A DNA stretch of 42,175 bases. Origin: a virus. Positions 9,811 to 18,778 of this stretch are shown here, piece after piece. The position numbers and the translations under genes are program-made. The notes beneath the pieces are model-generated. The model searched no databases and was not told the origin of the DNA. It saw only the letters and a list, made by a program, of their open reading frames with translations. The stretch spans positions 1 to 42,175 of IMG/VR virus record IMGVR_UViG_3300009537_000050; one strand, 5' to 3'. Each line of letters opens with the position of its first letter. Position 1 is the stretch's first letter.

Positions 9811-10581
9811 CTATGTTGACGTCGTGTTTCTGTAGAAGGTAGTCCGCAAATTGATAACGAGTGCTGAACCGTCAGCTTCACAGTTACCTGTGAACCTATC
9901 TGGGTCAGCTTCATCAGTTAGGTCATCAACGATGACAGTCTGGATAGCGAGTCCACCAAACGTCTCATCTTGAAAAATTTTGGCAATGATATCGTCAAGG
10001 AGTTTGTTGATAGCAGCAGAGGCTGCGGTCCAAGACCTATCACTAACGTATCCCACAACAGTCCAGGGCACAGTTGCCTTTAGAACGTTGCCCATATGAT
10101 GCTCATATATCGTCTTATCAAAACCGAACCCTATATATGGGCGTTCTCCTAGCTTGACGTCATCGCGGGAACGGAGGACAGGTTCGACCTTCGTGACGTC
10201 TGTCTTGTATCCATTGGCAATCGTAATAGCCTCGAAACGACTCTTGAGGTCTAGGAGAATACGTGTTCTGGCAGGGGTGCCTGCGCCGATGACTGTGATT
10301 TCATATCGGATTGTTTGAGAGCTGCCGCCTAGGACGTTCGTCGCCGTCCATTCGTCGTAGTACGTACCCTCAGATTGAGAAGAGTCTGGAGTCCACGTAA
10401 TCTGATATGTACCTGTTGCAATTTTAGTAGGTACCAAACCAGACGCGACTAGAGTTCCGCCAGACGCGGCGTCATATATAGATACGTTTTCAACGCTCGC
10501 AGGGTCTGCAAGAACACCATTCTTGTAGTACTGAACTTGTGCTGTGATAGCACTTCCAGCGCTGCCAACGCGTGTCGTCAT
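9811..10581 (-). CDS. Neck / tail-terminator candidate with an N-terminal Ig-like segment (256 aa)
   Basis: Lies between the head-completion genes and the tail tube. ATGA coupling to the upstream gene. The family assignment is tentative. Confidence 0.4.
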   Translation of the reverse strand: MTTRVGSAGSAITAQVQYYKNGVLADPASVENVSIYDAASGGTLVASGLVPTKIATGTYQITWTPDSSQSEGTYYDEWTATNVLGGSSQTIRYEITVIGAGTPARTRILLDLKSRFEAITIANGYKTDVTKVEPVLRSRDDVKLGERPYIGFGFDKTIYEHHMGNVLKATVPWTVVGYVSDRSWTAASAAINKLLDDIIAKIFQDETFGGLAIQTVIVDDLTDEADPDRFTGNCEADGSALVINLRTTFYRNTTST

Positions 10582-11159
10582 GGTTTTGCCTTCTCAACAC
10601 CTTTTGAAATTTCAGTAACCATCACAGAAGCCAAAACGGGGGCGACGTTAACACGAGCTTTGGTAAGGTACTTCGTTCCTGAGAGCCTAACGCGTTTCGT
10701 TAAGATGTAGTGTCCTTCCCACCTACCAGCCGAGCTAGTTATAAGATAACCCTTAGGACTTCCTTTGGGCCAAACAAGCTGAAGGTCTTTTGGAAAATCG
10801 CGCGGTCCAACACCTCTAGCGCTAAGAGACTTGGCCAGTGGACTCCATGGAACGGCGAGCGCTTTTGCGGTCTTAGGGTAGATAGAACCACCGCGGTCCT
10901 GGATATCTGCGTACACTGAATCAGACAAAGCACCCGAACGAACGTTTCCATCCTTACGTGTGAGAAGCCTGGCGGTGTACGAACGAGCTAAACCCCCTCG
11001 ACCAGTTGGAAAGTCTTGGAAAATTTGAACACGGATAGCACCAGCAGCAAGCTCTGCCATAGTGAGCATCTTTGAGTCGATGGCTTTTCGAAGGTTTTTG
11101 CCAACCTCTGAAGCCCACTTCTCAGGTCTGCCCTGCTGCTTGACGCTAAGTTCAGTCAT
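10578..11159 (-). CDS. HK97 gp10-like head-tail joining protein candidate (193 aa)
   Basis: The FPTGRGGLARSY segment resembles the TG.L..S motif of the gp10 family. The position fits, and there is ATGA coupling. Confidence 0.45.
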   Translation of the reverse strand: MTELSVKQQGRPEKWASEVGKNLRKAIDSKMLTMAELAAGAIRVQIFQDFPTGRGGLARSYTARLLTRKDGNVRSGALSDSVYADIQDRGGSIYPKTAKALAVPWSPLAKSLSARGVGPRDFPKDLQLVWPKGSPKGYLITSSAGRWEGHYILTKRVRLSGTKYLTKARVNVAPVLASVMVTEISKGVEKAKP

Positions 11160-11590
11160 CAGTCACCCGTGTTTTGTGTTCCACCGCTCTCGTTATCGTG
11201 CAAACCACGATAGAAAGCTGGATACTCGTAATCATCATCATCGTCTCTGAGATTCTCACGCTCAGAGATACTTCCTCCGGTCAAGGTCGCAGTCGCAACA
11301 AGCGTAGCGTCACCAGTTAGCTCTTTTAGTAGGGCGCTGTATTGCTCGAACTTCTGCGACCTTGACGCGGAGAAACCTGTACCAGTTCTGTCTGTCTTTC
11401 TTGAAAGCTTCGCTAGGATATCTCGGACGCAGGCGATAGCAGCAACTTTGACATTGTCAGACGCTTGAGTCAGACGAAAGTTGATTATCTCATCAGACAA
11501 AAGCTCTTCGTCACTGTCAGTGTCACCAATCGTCACACGAACTTTGGCAAGATTCGTCGAGATGTCTTCTTCGTCAAACGTCCAAGTCAT
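11159..11590 (-). CDS. Head-tail adaptor/connector candidate (143 aa)
   Basis: Acidic N-terminus and typical size. Position downstream of the capsid gene. Confidence 0.45.
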   Translation of the reverse strand: MTWTFDEEDISTNLAKVRVTIGDTDSDEELLSDEIINFRLTQASDNVKVAAIACVRDILAKLSRKTDRTGTGFSASRSQKFEQYSALLKELTGDATLVATATLTGGSISERENLRDDDDDYEYPAFYRGLHDNESGGTQNTGD

Positions 11591-11599
11591 CCTAAACCC

Positions 11600-12049
11600 C
11601 TACGACGCTTTTGTTCTACGACGGGAGGAGCGTGCCTTCTTCTTAGGTCGGGACGTCGACTCAGCGGCTGGTGTACTGAGCGACGTCCCAGGAGTATCGT
11701 CAGATACTCCTTCCTCTTCAAACTTTGCCAGCCGAGCCTTTAGCTCCTTGATATCTTCTTTGAGTTTCTTCGCCTCGCTTTCGTTTCTTTCCTCACGGGC
11801 TTCAAGCGTTGAAAGCTCATTCAAAATCTGACCCTTCTTCTTGAGCTTGAGACGCTTTCTGTCGTTCTCAGTTTTGCGAATTTCATCGTTCATGAGTTCT
11901 TTCGCAGACGCCTCATCCATGATGAGAAGGTCTCCTACTCGGACCATGGCATCTCGTACGTACGGTTCCCAATCGTACGCCTCGGGTACAGGCATCCCTC
12001 GGTGCCGAGGTTTGCCGTCTATCGTTAACGTAGTTCCTGCAACGTACAT
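11600..12049 (-). CDS. Hypothetical coiled-coil protein with a basic C-tail (149 aa from the ATG)
   Basis: The ORF track starts at TTG 12076. The ATG at 12049 has AAGGAAGG about 7 nt upstream. The C-terminus KKKARSSRRRTK is strongly basic. Confidence 0.55.
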   Translation of the reverse strand: MYVAGTTLTIDGKPRHRGMPVPEAYDWEPYVRDAMVRVGDLLIMDEASAKELMNDEIRKTENDRKRLKLKKKGQILNELSTLEAREERNESEAKKLKEDIKELKARLAKFEEEGVSDDTPGTSLSTPAAESTSRPKKKARSSRRRTKAS

Positions 12050-12077
12050 GACCAGCCTTCCTTTCCCTACGGACAAA

Positions 12078-12107
12078 GAGCGACCTGAGATAATACCCAG
12101 GTCGCCC
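12078..12107 (-). terminator. Stem-loop just downstream of the major capsid gene (attenuator or transcript-stabilising hairpin)
   Basis: The minus strand reads GGGCGACCTG-N10-CAGGTCGCTC, a 10-bp stem with one G-U pair, followed by TTTGTCC. Confidence 0.4.
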
Positions 12108-12126
12108 TTTAGACGCTTACGTTGGT

Positions 12127-13146
12127 CTAGCTAGCAACGCAATCGTCGACAAACGCACCGGCGTCAGCTGAGATAACCTTTACATCCCAGAAGGTCTCAA
12201 TCTCACGACGGGTTGTGGTCTTGGTCTCGATGTCAAACTTGCGGGTAACAACACCGTCAGAACCAACACCCTGCGGACCGGTCCACGCGAACGTATACGC
12301 TGCGGAAAGCTTGCGCTTACCGGGCGAAGGATTCACGTATCCGAGCCACATGTCAAGAGAGTTGACAATCTTTCCAAGAGATGCGGTCTGCCCCTCGTTC
12401 GCGGTGTTACGGAACGCACGAGCAACCAAATACCTCTCAACCCCGAAGAACGCTGCCATCTTCGCATTGACGTCGATGTTCTTCATCGTTGTTTGCTCAG
12501 TGTACTTGATAGCATCCCGAACAATCGCGTGGGTGAGCAGACGCTTGTGAACACTACGGCCGACGACCATCGTGTTGGGCAAACGACCAATCAAATCCTC
12601 GATTGCCTCTTTGAGGGTTTCGACGTCAGCCTGAGGAGTTGAACCAGACTCGTTCCACTGTTTGATTTCATTAGCACCAGGAACACCTGAAACACCGTCG
12701 TAATCAGTTGTCCAGGTAGCTGGCTGCATACAAACAGCTTGCCACGAGAAGTCCAGGAAGATACGTCCCTGGTTTGCTAGCCATTCAGCCCCCTCAGCAT
12801 CAGAGTTCAACGCCGGGTCTTCGTCAGCCAGGTCAGACCAGTCCTCATCGTGGTGCGTAGCGTACCGCTCGCACTTATACGAATCATTGGAATAGGTCCA
12901 ACCGCTTCCCTCTGATTCCGTCGACGGCGCACGTCGAGCCATCGACAAGGTGTTGTATTGACCTGGAGGAAGAATGAAATACTTCCCCTCCGATTGTTCC
13001 ACCTTGACGAACGGCGCCGCTTCAGTGCCGACAAAAGCGCTGGGTTCTTGAAGCGTAGCAACTGTGAGATTTTGGAGCGGCTTGCTGATGAAGCGTGTGC
13101 TCCGACTCGGCTGCGACTTCGAAACTGGAATTGCAAAAGTTCTCAT
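12127..13146 (-). CDS. Major capsid protein (HK97-fold class expected), 339 aa
   Basis: Position after the protease-scaffold and decoration genes (lambda-like order). Typical size, and followed by a hairpin. Confidence 0.75.
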   Translation of the reverse strand: MRTFAIPVSKSQPSRSTRFISKPLQNLTVATLQEPSAFVGTEAAPFVKVEQSEGKYFILPPGQYNTLSMARRAPSTESEGSGWTYSNDSYKCERYATHHDEDWSDLADEDPALNSDAEGAEWLANQGRIFLDFSWQAVCMQPATWTTDYDGVSGVPGANEIKQWNESGSTPQADVETLKEAIEDLIGRLPNTMVVGRSVHKRLLTHAIVRDAIKYTEQTTMKNIDVNAKMAAFFGVERYLVARAFRNTANEGQTASLGKIVNSLDMWLGYVNPSPGKRKLSAAYTFAWTGPQGVGSDGVVTRKFDIETKTTTRREIETFWDVKVISADAGAFVDDCVAS

Positions 13147-13179
13147 TTCTCAATCCTTACCTTTTCTGATTTGTTTCAG

Positions 13180-14406
13180 TTACGCAACCGGAATTGCGAG
13201 AACATACACAGTGCCGAGACCGACGTCAGTGCCAGCGTCGTTATCTACGGTCGTAACTCGAAGAGTCCCGGCCGCAGCAATCGCCGCTTGCGCATCGTCG
13301 ATGGTACCAGCACGAACAATCGCGTTGTCTGCGCCGCTCCAATCCATCGCGTCAGTGATGGCGTTAGCCCCGTTCTTTACCTGAATGGTATCAGAGGCCT
13401 CACCAGCACCGCCAGTGTGTTGCGCCCACACATCGATGACGCGCACCTTCCGGTCCAGTACAACGTCAAAGTCACCTGCCGTGGCGGAGTCGACCAGAAC
13501 CGTGTAAAGCAACGGAAGCGTTCCAGACGTAGCTTCATCAGCGAAGTTCGGAAGTCCAGCAACGCCAGCGTTGGTTAGAGTTAGAAGACCTGCGAGGGTA
13601 ACAGCAGCTGCTACGCCGCCTGCGCTACCGACCCAAATCTTCGCCGACGCAAGAGGCGCGCCGTCGACGGTGTTGATGCCGCTGGTATCAACCCACATCA
13701 AACCGGTAGCTCCTGCTACGACGTCCTCAAGAGCCCAGCCAAGAACGTGTGCGTCACCCGTAGCGGTAACCAACTCACCATCAGCCTCGCATGCAAGGAG
13801 GTCGCCAGCGCTCACGCCGCCTGTACCGGCGATGAACGTTGCGCGTCCATACATGATGACTTCGGCGTTAGCGCCCGACGCTGGAGCGTTCTGCAAGATA
13901 CCAGCCGCGCGTTCACCTGCGGCCGCGCACTTGACAAACTTACCTGCGCTATTGACCTTCATTGCTGTGTACTGACCAGTTGAGCTATAGTCAGCGGCAG
14001 CAAGAAGAACTTCAGTTCCTTCCAACTGCGTCATCGCACCGATGGGGCAGACAAACGCTTGAATGAGGTCATTCGCCACGCCTGTTTGCAGAGCGATAGC
14101 AATGACAAACTCATCGTTCTCATCTGCCTTCACCAACTTGCCGTTGGCATCCGTACAGAGTGGGTCCATGACTGTGACAGCGCCGCCAAGCTTGACCTTG
14201 CTCAAGCCGAGGCACATCACAGAACCGTGTTCATTTGCCGTCGGAGTGTTCTGAAGAATACCAATAACCTTCTCACCTTGGACGGCGCCCAAAGCAATCT
14301 GTTCACTGGCGTTCAACTTCGCAGCATAGAACTGATTCGAACTCAGGTCAGCTGCGACGTCAGAGGATTTGTTGAGGACTGGAATTCCGCCCTTTGTCTG
14401 TGCCAT
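13180..14406 (-). CDS. Capsid decoration / cement-like protein with tandem duplicated DUF2190-like domains, 408 aa
   Basis: Residues about 17-120 and about 137-240 are clear internal repeats (AADxSSxQY...GILQNxP...G...). The gene lies between the protease and capsid genes. Confidence 0.6.
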   Translation of the reverse strand: MAQTKGGIPVLNKSSDVAADLSSNQFYAAKLNASEQIALGAVQGEKVIGILQNTPTANEHGSVMCLGLSKVKLGGAVTVMDPLCTDANGKLVKADENDEFVIAIALQTGVANDLIQAFVCPIGAMTQLEGTEVLLAAADYSSTGQYTAMKVNSAGKFVKCAAAGERAAGILQNAPASGANAEVIMYGRATFIAGTGGVSAGDLLACEADGELVTATGDAHVLGWALEDVVAGATGLMWVDTSGINTVDGAPLASAKIWVGSAGGVAAAVTLAGLLTLTNAGVAGLPNFADEATSGTLPLLYTVLVDSATAGDFDVVLDRKVRVIDVWAQHTGGAGEASDTIQVKNGANAITDAMDWSGADNAIVRAGTIDDAQAAIAAAGTLRVTTVDNDAGTDVGLGTVYVLAIPVA

Positions 14407-14449
14407 CTGAAAAATCTCCTATGTACTTGTCTAGTACGTCTGTTCCTTG

Positions 14450-15784
14450 TTATCGCTGCGAAGCGTCAATCTTCTCAGCGTCATAAAGCTCTGGATGGCG
14501 CTTACACACATTCTTAAACGCAATCTCATACGTCGCCTTCTGACCCTTCTTCTGTAGGTCGACGATTTCTTCGGCCACCAACTTGTCCCGTTTCGCAACG
14601 GCGCTTTTCTCAGGGTCTTGAATAGCAGACCCGAGAACTTCGAGCGCCGGCGACTCTTCGATAGCTTTCGACATCTTCACCAAAAGCTCATCGAACTTGT
14701 CGTCACCCTTCGAACGCTTGAGAAGCTCAACGATGTCGTCCTCAGCCATCGGAAGGAACTCCAACTCCTTCGCACGCTTCCGAAGCTTCACGTCCTCCGC
14801 CGCATCTTCCAGCGCCTTGTTCCTCTTCTCCAAACTGACGTTGCTTTCTTCAAGCCTCTCGACGCGCTTCAACAGCTCGCGCTTCTCCACGTCAGTCTCA
14901 ACCTCTTTGTCCTTGCCCTTCTTTTGCATTTGTTGTTCTTCCTCCTCTGGGGAAATAGCGTCTCCAACCTGTTCAACGGGCTTCTCTACTTCAGGTGCTG
15001 GCGCGGCCGCCGCCGGAGCTGCGCCTGCAAGAGCCTGCATGAGTTGCAGAATGGCTTCCATCTGCTTATCATCCAAACCCAGTTCGTCGAGTGCTGCCTT
15101 GATTTGCTCTGGTGTCATACCTGTCTTCTCCGTTTGGACTGATTCGTCCTTCTTTGCAATGAACGCCTTCAGCCAAGCACCGACGCCAGGCTTTTTGCCG
15201 TCCTTCATTCTTTGCTCCTCTTTCCTTTTGAATAGTAGAATTTGCGGCCTGTTATTCTTATCACCGCTAGCGCCTCTATCAACCAAAGATAGAAGTTCAG
15301 CTGTGTCTAAGTCCATGCTTGAAATGAGAAGGTGTTGTTTGCCAACCTCTCCAGACCAGCGACCACGAGCCTCTCCCTTCAAGCTTAGTTCAGCAAGTTC
15401 ACCGGACTCAACGCGGTCTAAGACCTTCGGGTCCGTAACGCGGACCGTAGCAATCCAACCTTCGCGTCCACTCGTCCCAAGTTCAAACGCTTCGCGCAAC
15501 TCCTTAGTAATGACAATCGACTCAACGAGGTCCGCTGAACCGCGCTCGCTTACCTCATGGTTGATACCGACAGCTTTGGTTCCTGACTGGCGTGCGAAAG
15601 CATCTTGGACTGCACGTTTAAGGACAGCGACAGGGATTTGCATAGGCGGGTCGTCTTGGTCTATGATTGGTTGACCGTCGTCGCCTGTGACGATAGCCGC
15701 CCACCCTGTGACAGTACGCGCCTTGTGGTCTACCTTCTCAAGTTTGAAGGAGACGCTGGCTGGTTGTCTAACGATACTTGTCAT
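14450..15784 (-). CDS. Prohead protease (S78/XkdF-like) fused to a coiled-coil scaffold, 444 aa
   Basis: The N-terminal 150 aa resemble XkdF-type proteases (TGWAAIV..D..G..I....INHE...VESIV...GEL.ELSLKG). The C-terminal half is charged coiled coil. Confidence 0.7.
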   Translation of the reverse strand: MTSIVRQPASVSFKLEKVDHKARTVTGWAAIVTGDDGQPIIDQDDPPMQIPVAVLKRAVQDAFARQSGTKAVGINHEVSERGSADLVESIVITKELREAFELGTSGREGWIATVRVTDPKVLDRVESGELAELSLKGEARGRWSGEVGKQHLLISSMDLDTAELLSLVDRGASGDKNNRPQILLFKRKEEQRMKDGKKPGVGAWLKAFIAKKDESVQTEKTGMTPEQIKAALDELGLDDKQMEAILQLMQALAGAAPAAAAPAPEVEKPVEQVGDAISPEEEEQQMQKKGKDKEVETDVEKRELLKRVERLEESNVSLEKRNKALEDAAEDVKLRKRAKELEFLPMAEDDIVELLKRSKGDDKFDELLVKMSKAIEESPALEVLGSAIQDPEKSAVAKRDKLVAEEIVDLQKKGQKATYEIAFKNVCKRHPELYDAEKIDASQR

Positions 15785-15996
15785 GAACCTGTAACCTCAA
15801 CCGGCTTAGGGCTCATGCCGGGAGGCCTCTTGAGAGACACAGGGTCGCGGTCACTGTACGCATCAGAAAGGTCTTTGTAAACATCACAAACGAACCTCTG
15901 AACGAACCGGCATCGAGGGCACTTTATCTCGACCGTACCTAGTAATCCTCGACCTAGGCGCTTCTGGCATTTACCGCATGTCAGCCATTCAGTCAT
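15781..15996 (-). CDS. Com-type zinc-ribbon protein, 71 aa
   Basis: CGKCQKRL-x11-EIKCPRC parallels Mu Com (C.NCNKLL...EIRCPRC). Coupled at both ends: TAATG with the portal and ATGA with the protease. Confidence 0.6.
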   Translation of the reverse strand: MTEWLTCGKCQKRLGRGLLGTVEIKCPRCRFVQRFVCDVYKDLSDAYSDRDPVSLKRPPGMSPKPVEVTGS

Positions 15997-17873
15997 TAGA
16001 ATCCACCCCCAAGGAACTTGATAAGGTCACGTCGACGAATACGAACCTGGTTTCCTATCTTCCTACCAGGAAGACGACCTCGCTTGAGGTTGTTCATAAC
16101 GCTGTTTCTTGTCATACCTAGAAGCTCTGCAGCTTGGGTAAGGTCTAACATCTCATCAGGAATCTCTTCCTCCTCCTCTTCCTTTTCAACGGTAGGCGAG
16201 AAGTTTAGTTGCTGTTGTTGCATTCCTCCAGTCATCGTAGGAAGAGAGTCGCCTCCTGTGTCTGAAGACACAAAGAACGTTCGACCTATCTCTCCCATGA
16301 GACGTTCTGCTTTGTTCGCGTCTAGTTGAAACGCGGTCTGGATAATCTCCAAACCGTTAGCGCGTGGAAGTTGACCTGATGCGACACCGTTCAGAACTTC
16401 AAGCAGCGAAGCAATCTGAGCACCGTTCAACGATACTTCTGGGGCGGTCTCTTGTCCAGGGACAGTAATCGTCGGCTCTTCTGCCGTCGACTCACTGGAC
16501 GTCTCATCACCTGTTTGAATCTCTGGAGGATTTCCAGCGTTGACGAACTCAGCGAAGTTGAGACTATCCTCTCTAGGTTCTAGTCCAATCTGCTTACGGC
16601 CCCAGTCGTCGATGTCCTTACCCGGTTCCATCGCACCAACGCCTATGAGTGCAGAGATGAAGCCAGCGGCCTCTGTTAGTGACGAACGCTCAACGTCGCC
16701 GCTCTCAATCTTCGGCCATGCTTCACGCGGTATCCCCTCGAGGCGCATCAACCTTGGAATCGCAGACCTGTTGATGGTCTCGTCCATATTCTTGTTCACT
16801 GCACCAACAGCGAACCCAAGCATCGAAGTCATGTCTGAACTAAGGGCGTGACTACCAACCTGCTGTGTACCAAACGCGAGGAACTGAGTCATGAAGACTT
16901 TCAGCATCTCGTTCTGATACCGCCTGATGATTGGGTCGCCGTCAAGCAAGCTTCGACCGCTGGCCGCTACCAACCTGAACCTGTACCCAGATGGTTTGCC
17001 GTCATCGTTCAGCTCAGTCGGTATAACGAGTCCGCCTTGTTCATCAAAACGGACCTTCTTAACCATAGCCTCATAAACCGCACGCGCGGCAAGCTCATCG
17101 TCGTTTGCATCAGCGCTCATCAATCTCTCAGGTAGTTCCATGACCGGAAGACCTGCGCCGTTGCGTTCATGAACGATGCCCTCAATCGTTCGGTGTTTCG
17201 TGCAGAAGTAATACGAGACATACGCGGGGCGGTAGAACGATAGGCCTTCAGGATTCTGCTTCGACCCTCTGAACCTGAAGTGGAGCGCTCTGTCAACTGG
17301 AATGAACATGTCGGGCATCGAGCGGTCGACAGTCTGCCACATACCGAGGAGACGATTGTCTTTCGAATACTCCCAACGATGTCTCGACTCTTGCGCACGA
17401 GGAGACCAGTCACGCCATCCCCAGCGTCCATCATTATATTGAGAGTTGAGTCTGGGCTCTCTGTTCTCACCCTTTCGAATCTTCATCGTAACTTCGAGGT
17501 ACGAGAACCCGTAATCGATAGCAGTAGCTGCTTCAGACAACGCCTCTTGCAGCGTCGACTCCATGTCGTGCAGGCACTCGCGAACGTGGTCCGCTGCTTG
17601 TTGCGCTAGAGGATGTCCGCTATCATTAGGCTTGACTGTGCGAGGCGTGTTGCGAATGAGCATCTCAATGACGAACTTACTTGCTGCAACGTTCGACTCG
17701 TTGTGTCCCATCTCCTTGTATACGCGCAACGCTTTGTCGCCGCGAAGATTGCGATGGAACTCTTCGTTGATGTAGCCGCCGGTTTCTTTGAGACCCGTAT
17801 CTCCGCAAACAGCGAGGATAGGCTTCTCTTCAATCTCTACACCGTCACGACTCTTCACAGCTGTATCACTCAT
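15996..17873 (-). CDS. Portal protein with a C-terminal excisionase-type HTH, 625 aa
   Basis: Size and position between MuF-like/terL and the protease. The last 50 aa, LDLTQAAELLGMTRNSVMNNLKRGRLPGRKIGNQVRIRRRDLIKFL, match the HTH_17/Xis-type pattern and follow a poly-Glu linker. Confidence 0.75.
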   Translation of the reverse strand: MSDTAVKSRDGVEIEEKPILAVCGDTGLKETGGYINEEFHRNLRGDKALRVYKEMGHNESNVAASKFVIEMLIRNTPRTVKPNDSGHPLAQQAADHVRECLHDMESTLQEALSEAATAIDYGFSYLEVTMKIRKGENREPRLNSQYNDGRWGWRDWSPRAQESRHRWEYSKDNRLLGMWQTVDRSMPDMFIPVDRALHFRFRGSKQNPEGLSFYRPAYVSYYFCTKHRTIEGIVHERNGAGLPVMELPERLMSADANDDELAARAVYEAMVKKVRFDEQGGLVIPTELNDDGKPSGYRFRLVAASGRSLLDGDPIIRRYQNEMLKVFMTQFLAFGTQQVGSHALSSDMTSMLGFAVGAVNKNMDETINRSAIPRLMRLEGIPREAWPKIESGDVERSSLTEAAGFISALIGVGAMEPGKDIDDWGRKQIGLEPREDSLNFAEFVNAGNPPEIQTGDETSSESTAEEPTITVPGQETAPEVSLNGAQIASLLEVLNGVASGQLPRANGLEIIQTAFQLDANKAERLMGEIGRTFFVSSDTGGDSLPTMTGGMQQQQLNFSPTVEKEEEEEEIPDEMLDLTQAAELLGMTRNSVMNNLKRGRLPGRKIGNQVRIRRRDLIKFLGGGF

Positions 17874-18778
17874 TTGAACCTACCTACTGCCCCGCTTCTA
17901 GGGCCTTTGAGTTTTGCTCTACTTGATGAGAGCTTCCTATTGCCTTTGTTCACTACAGGAATCATCGTACAGCGACACCGCACCGTGTCCTCAATAGCGC
18001 CCTCTGGGTCAAGAGGCCATCGAAGTCTGTTCCCTTTAGGTGTCTTGAACCACTTAGACGTATCATCGCCGTGCGCATCCTCAACTGAGATACGTTTACC
18101 GTTCATCTTCTCGTGGTGTCTGTCGCCGCTCTTGCCGTCTGTATGCGCGAGCCACTCTATCTCATCGATACCGGCAAGCTTAAACCCCTGAGCAATGCCC
18201 GCGTTCTCAGCCGTTGCTGCTTCCGTCCTAGCTATCTGCTCTGCTCTGTTCGCTATCGCTTCGACAGATAGGACGGTCGCTGACAACTCAACGCGGATAC
18301 GTCGTGACATCTCGTTGATAGACGGGAGAGGACGTTCAGTTAGGCTCTCACGCAACACGCGTCTAATGACTCCCTGAACCTTGCGCCGTGTCTCCCCTGA
18401 TATCGAAGCGACGTTGAACTCACGATGCTTGAGGAAGTCATCTACGAACTTGGGTTCAATAACCCACTCACTACCTGAACCACGCATAGCTGCACGTCCA
18501 GACTTGATAGCCTGTCTGAGTCCGAACGTATTGAGGATGTCGAGCAACTCCTTATCGAGGTCTGGTAGCGTCTGCGCTTTAGCAAGCCTACGTACAGCTG
18601 ACCTAGATGTTAGCCGTCGTAGCTCTTCCTTCGCATAGGCGTTCGTCGCTTTACGAAGCCATCTCTCAAGCCGCGGCTGTACTGAACGCGCAGCTGTATC
18701 GAGGCGCCTATCAGCGGACGATATCGCTCCGCGCTTCGCCTTCTCTAGGCGTACCAGCTCTGCAACTAGGCTGTCCAC
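17870..18778 (-). CDS. Head morphogenesis protein, Mu F / SPP1 gp7-like, 302 aa
   Basis: The C-terminal region EWLAHTDGKSGDRHHEKMNG....WPLDPEG...VRCRCTM is typical of the MuF family. GTG start. Confidence 0.75.
   Translation of the reverse strand: MDSLVAELVRLEKAKRGAISSADRRLDTAARSVQPRLERWLRKATNAYAKEELRRLTSRSAVRRLAKAQTLPDLDKELLDILNTFGLRQAIKSGRAAMRGSGSEWVIEPKFVDDFLKHREFNVASISGETRRKVQGVIRRVLRESLTERPLPSINEMSRRIRVELSATVLSVEAIANRAEQIARTEAATAENAGIAQGFKLAGIDEIEWLAHTDGKSGDRHHEKMNGKRISVEDAHGDDTSKWFKTPKGNRLRWPLDPEGAIEDTVRCRCTMIPVVNKGNRKLSSSRAKLKGPRSGAVGRFK

Noticed and set aside
14697-15674. Long plus-strand ORF (325 aa, Ser-rich) antisense to the protease-scaffold gene. Similar antisense or alternate-frame ORFs occur at 6842..7324, 12958..13578, 13571..13975, 17613..18191, 24038..24652, 24916..25308 and 27744..28157.
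   Set aside because: They lie entirely inside well-supported genes on the opposite strand, lack RBS or coupling context, and have low-complexity compositions typical of shadow ORFs.
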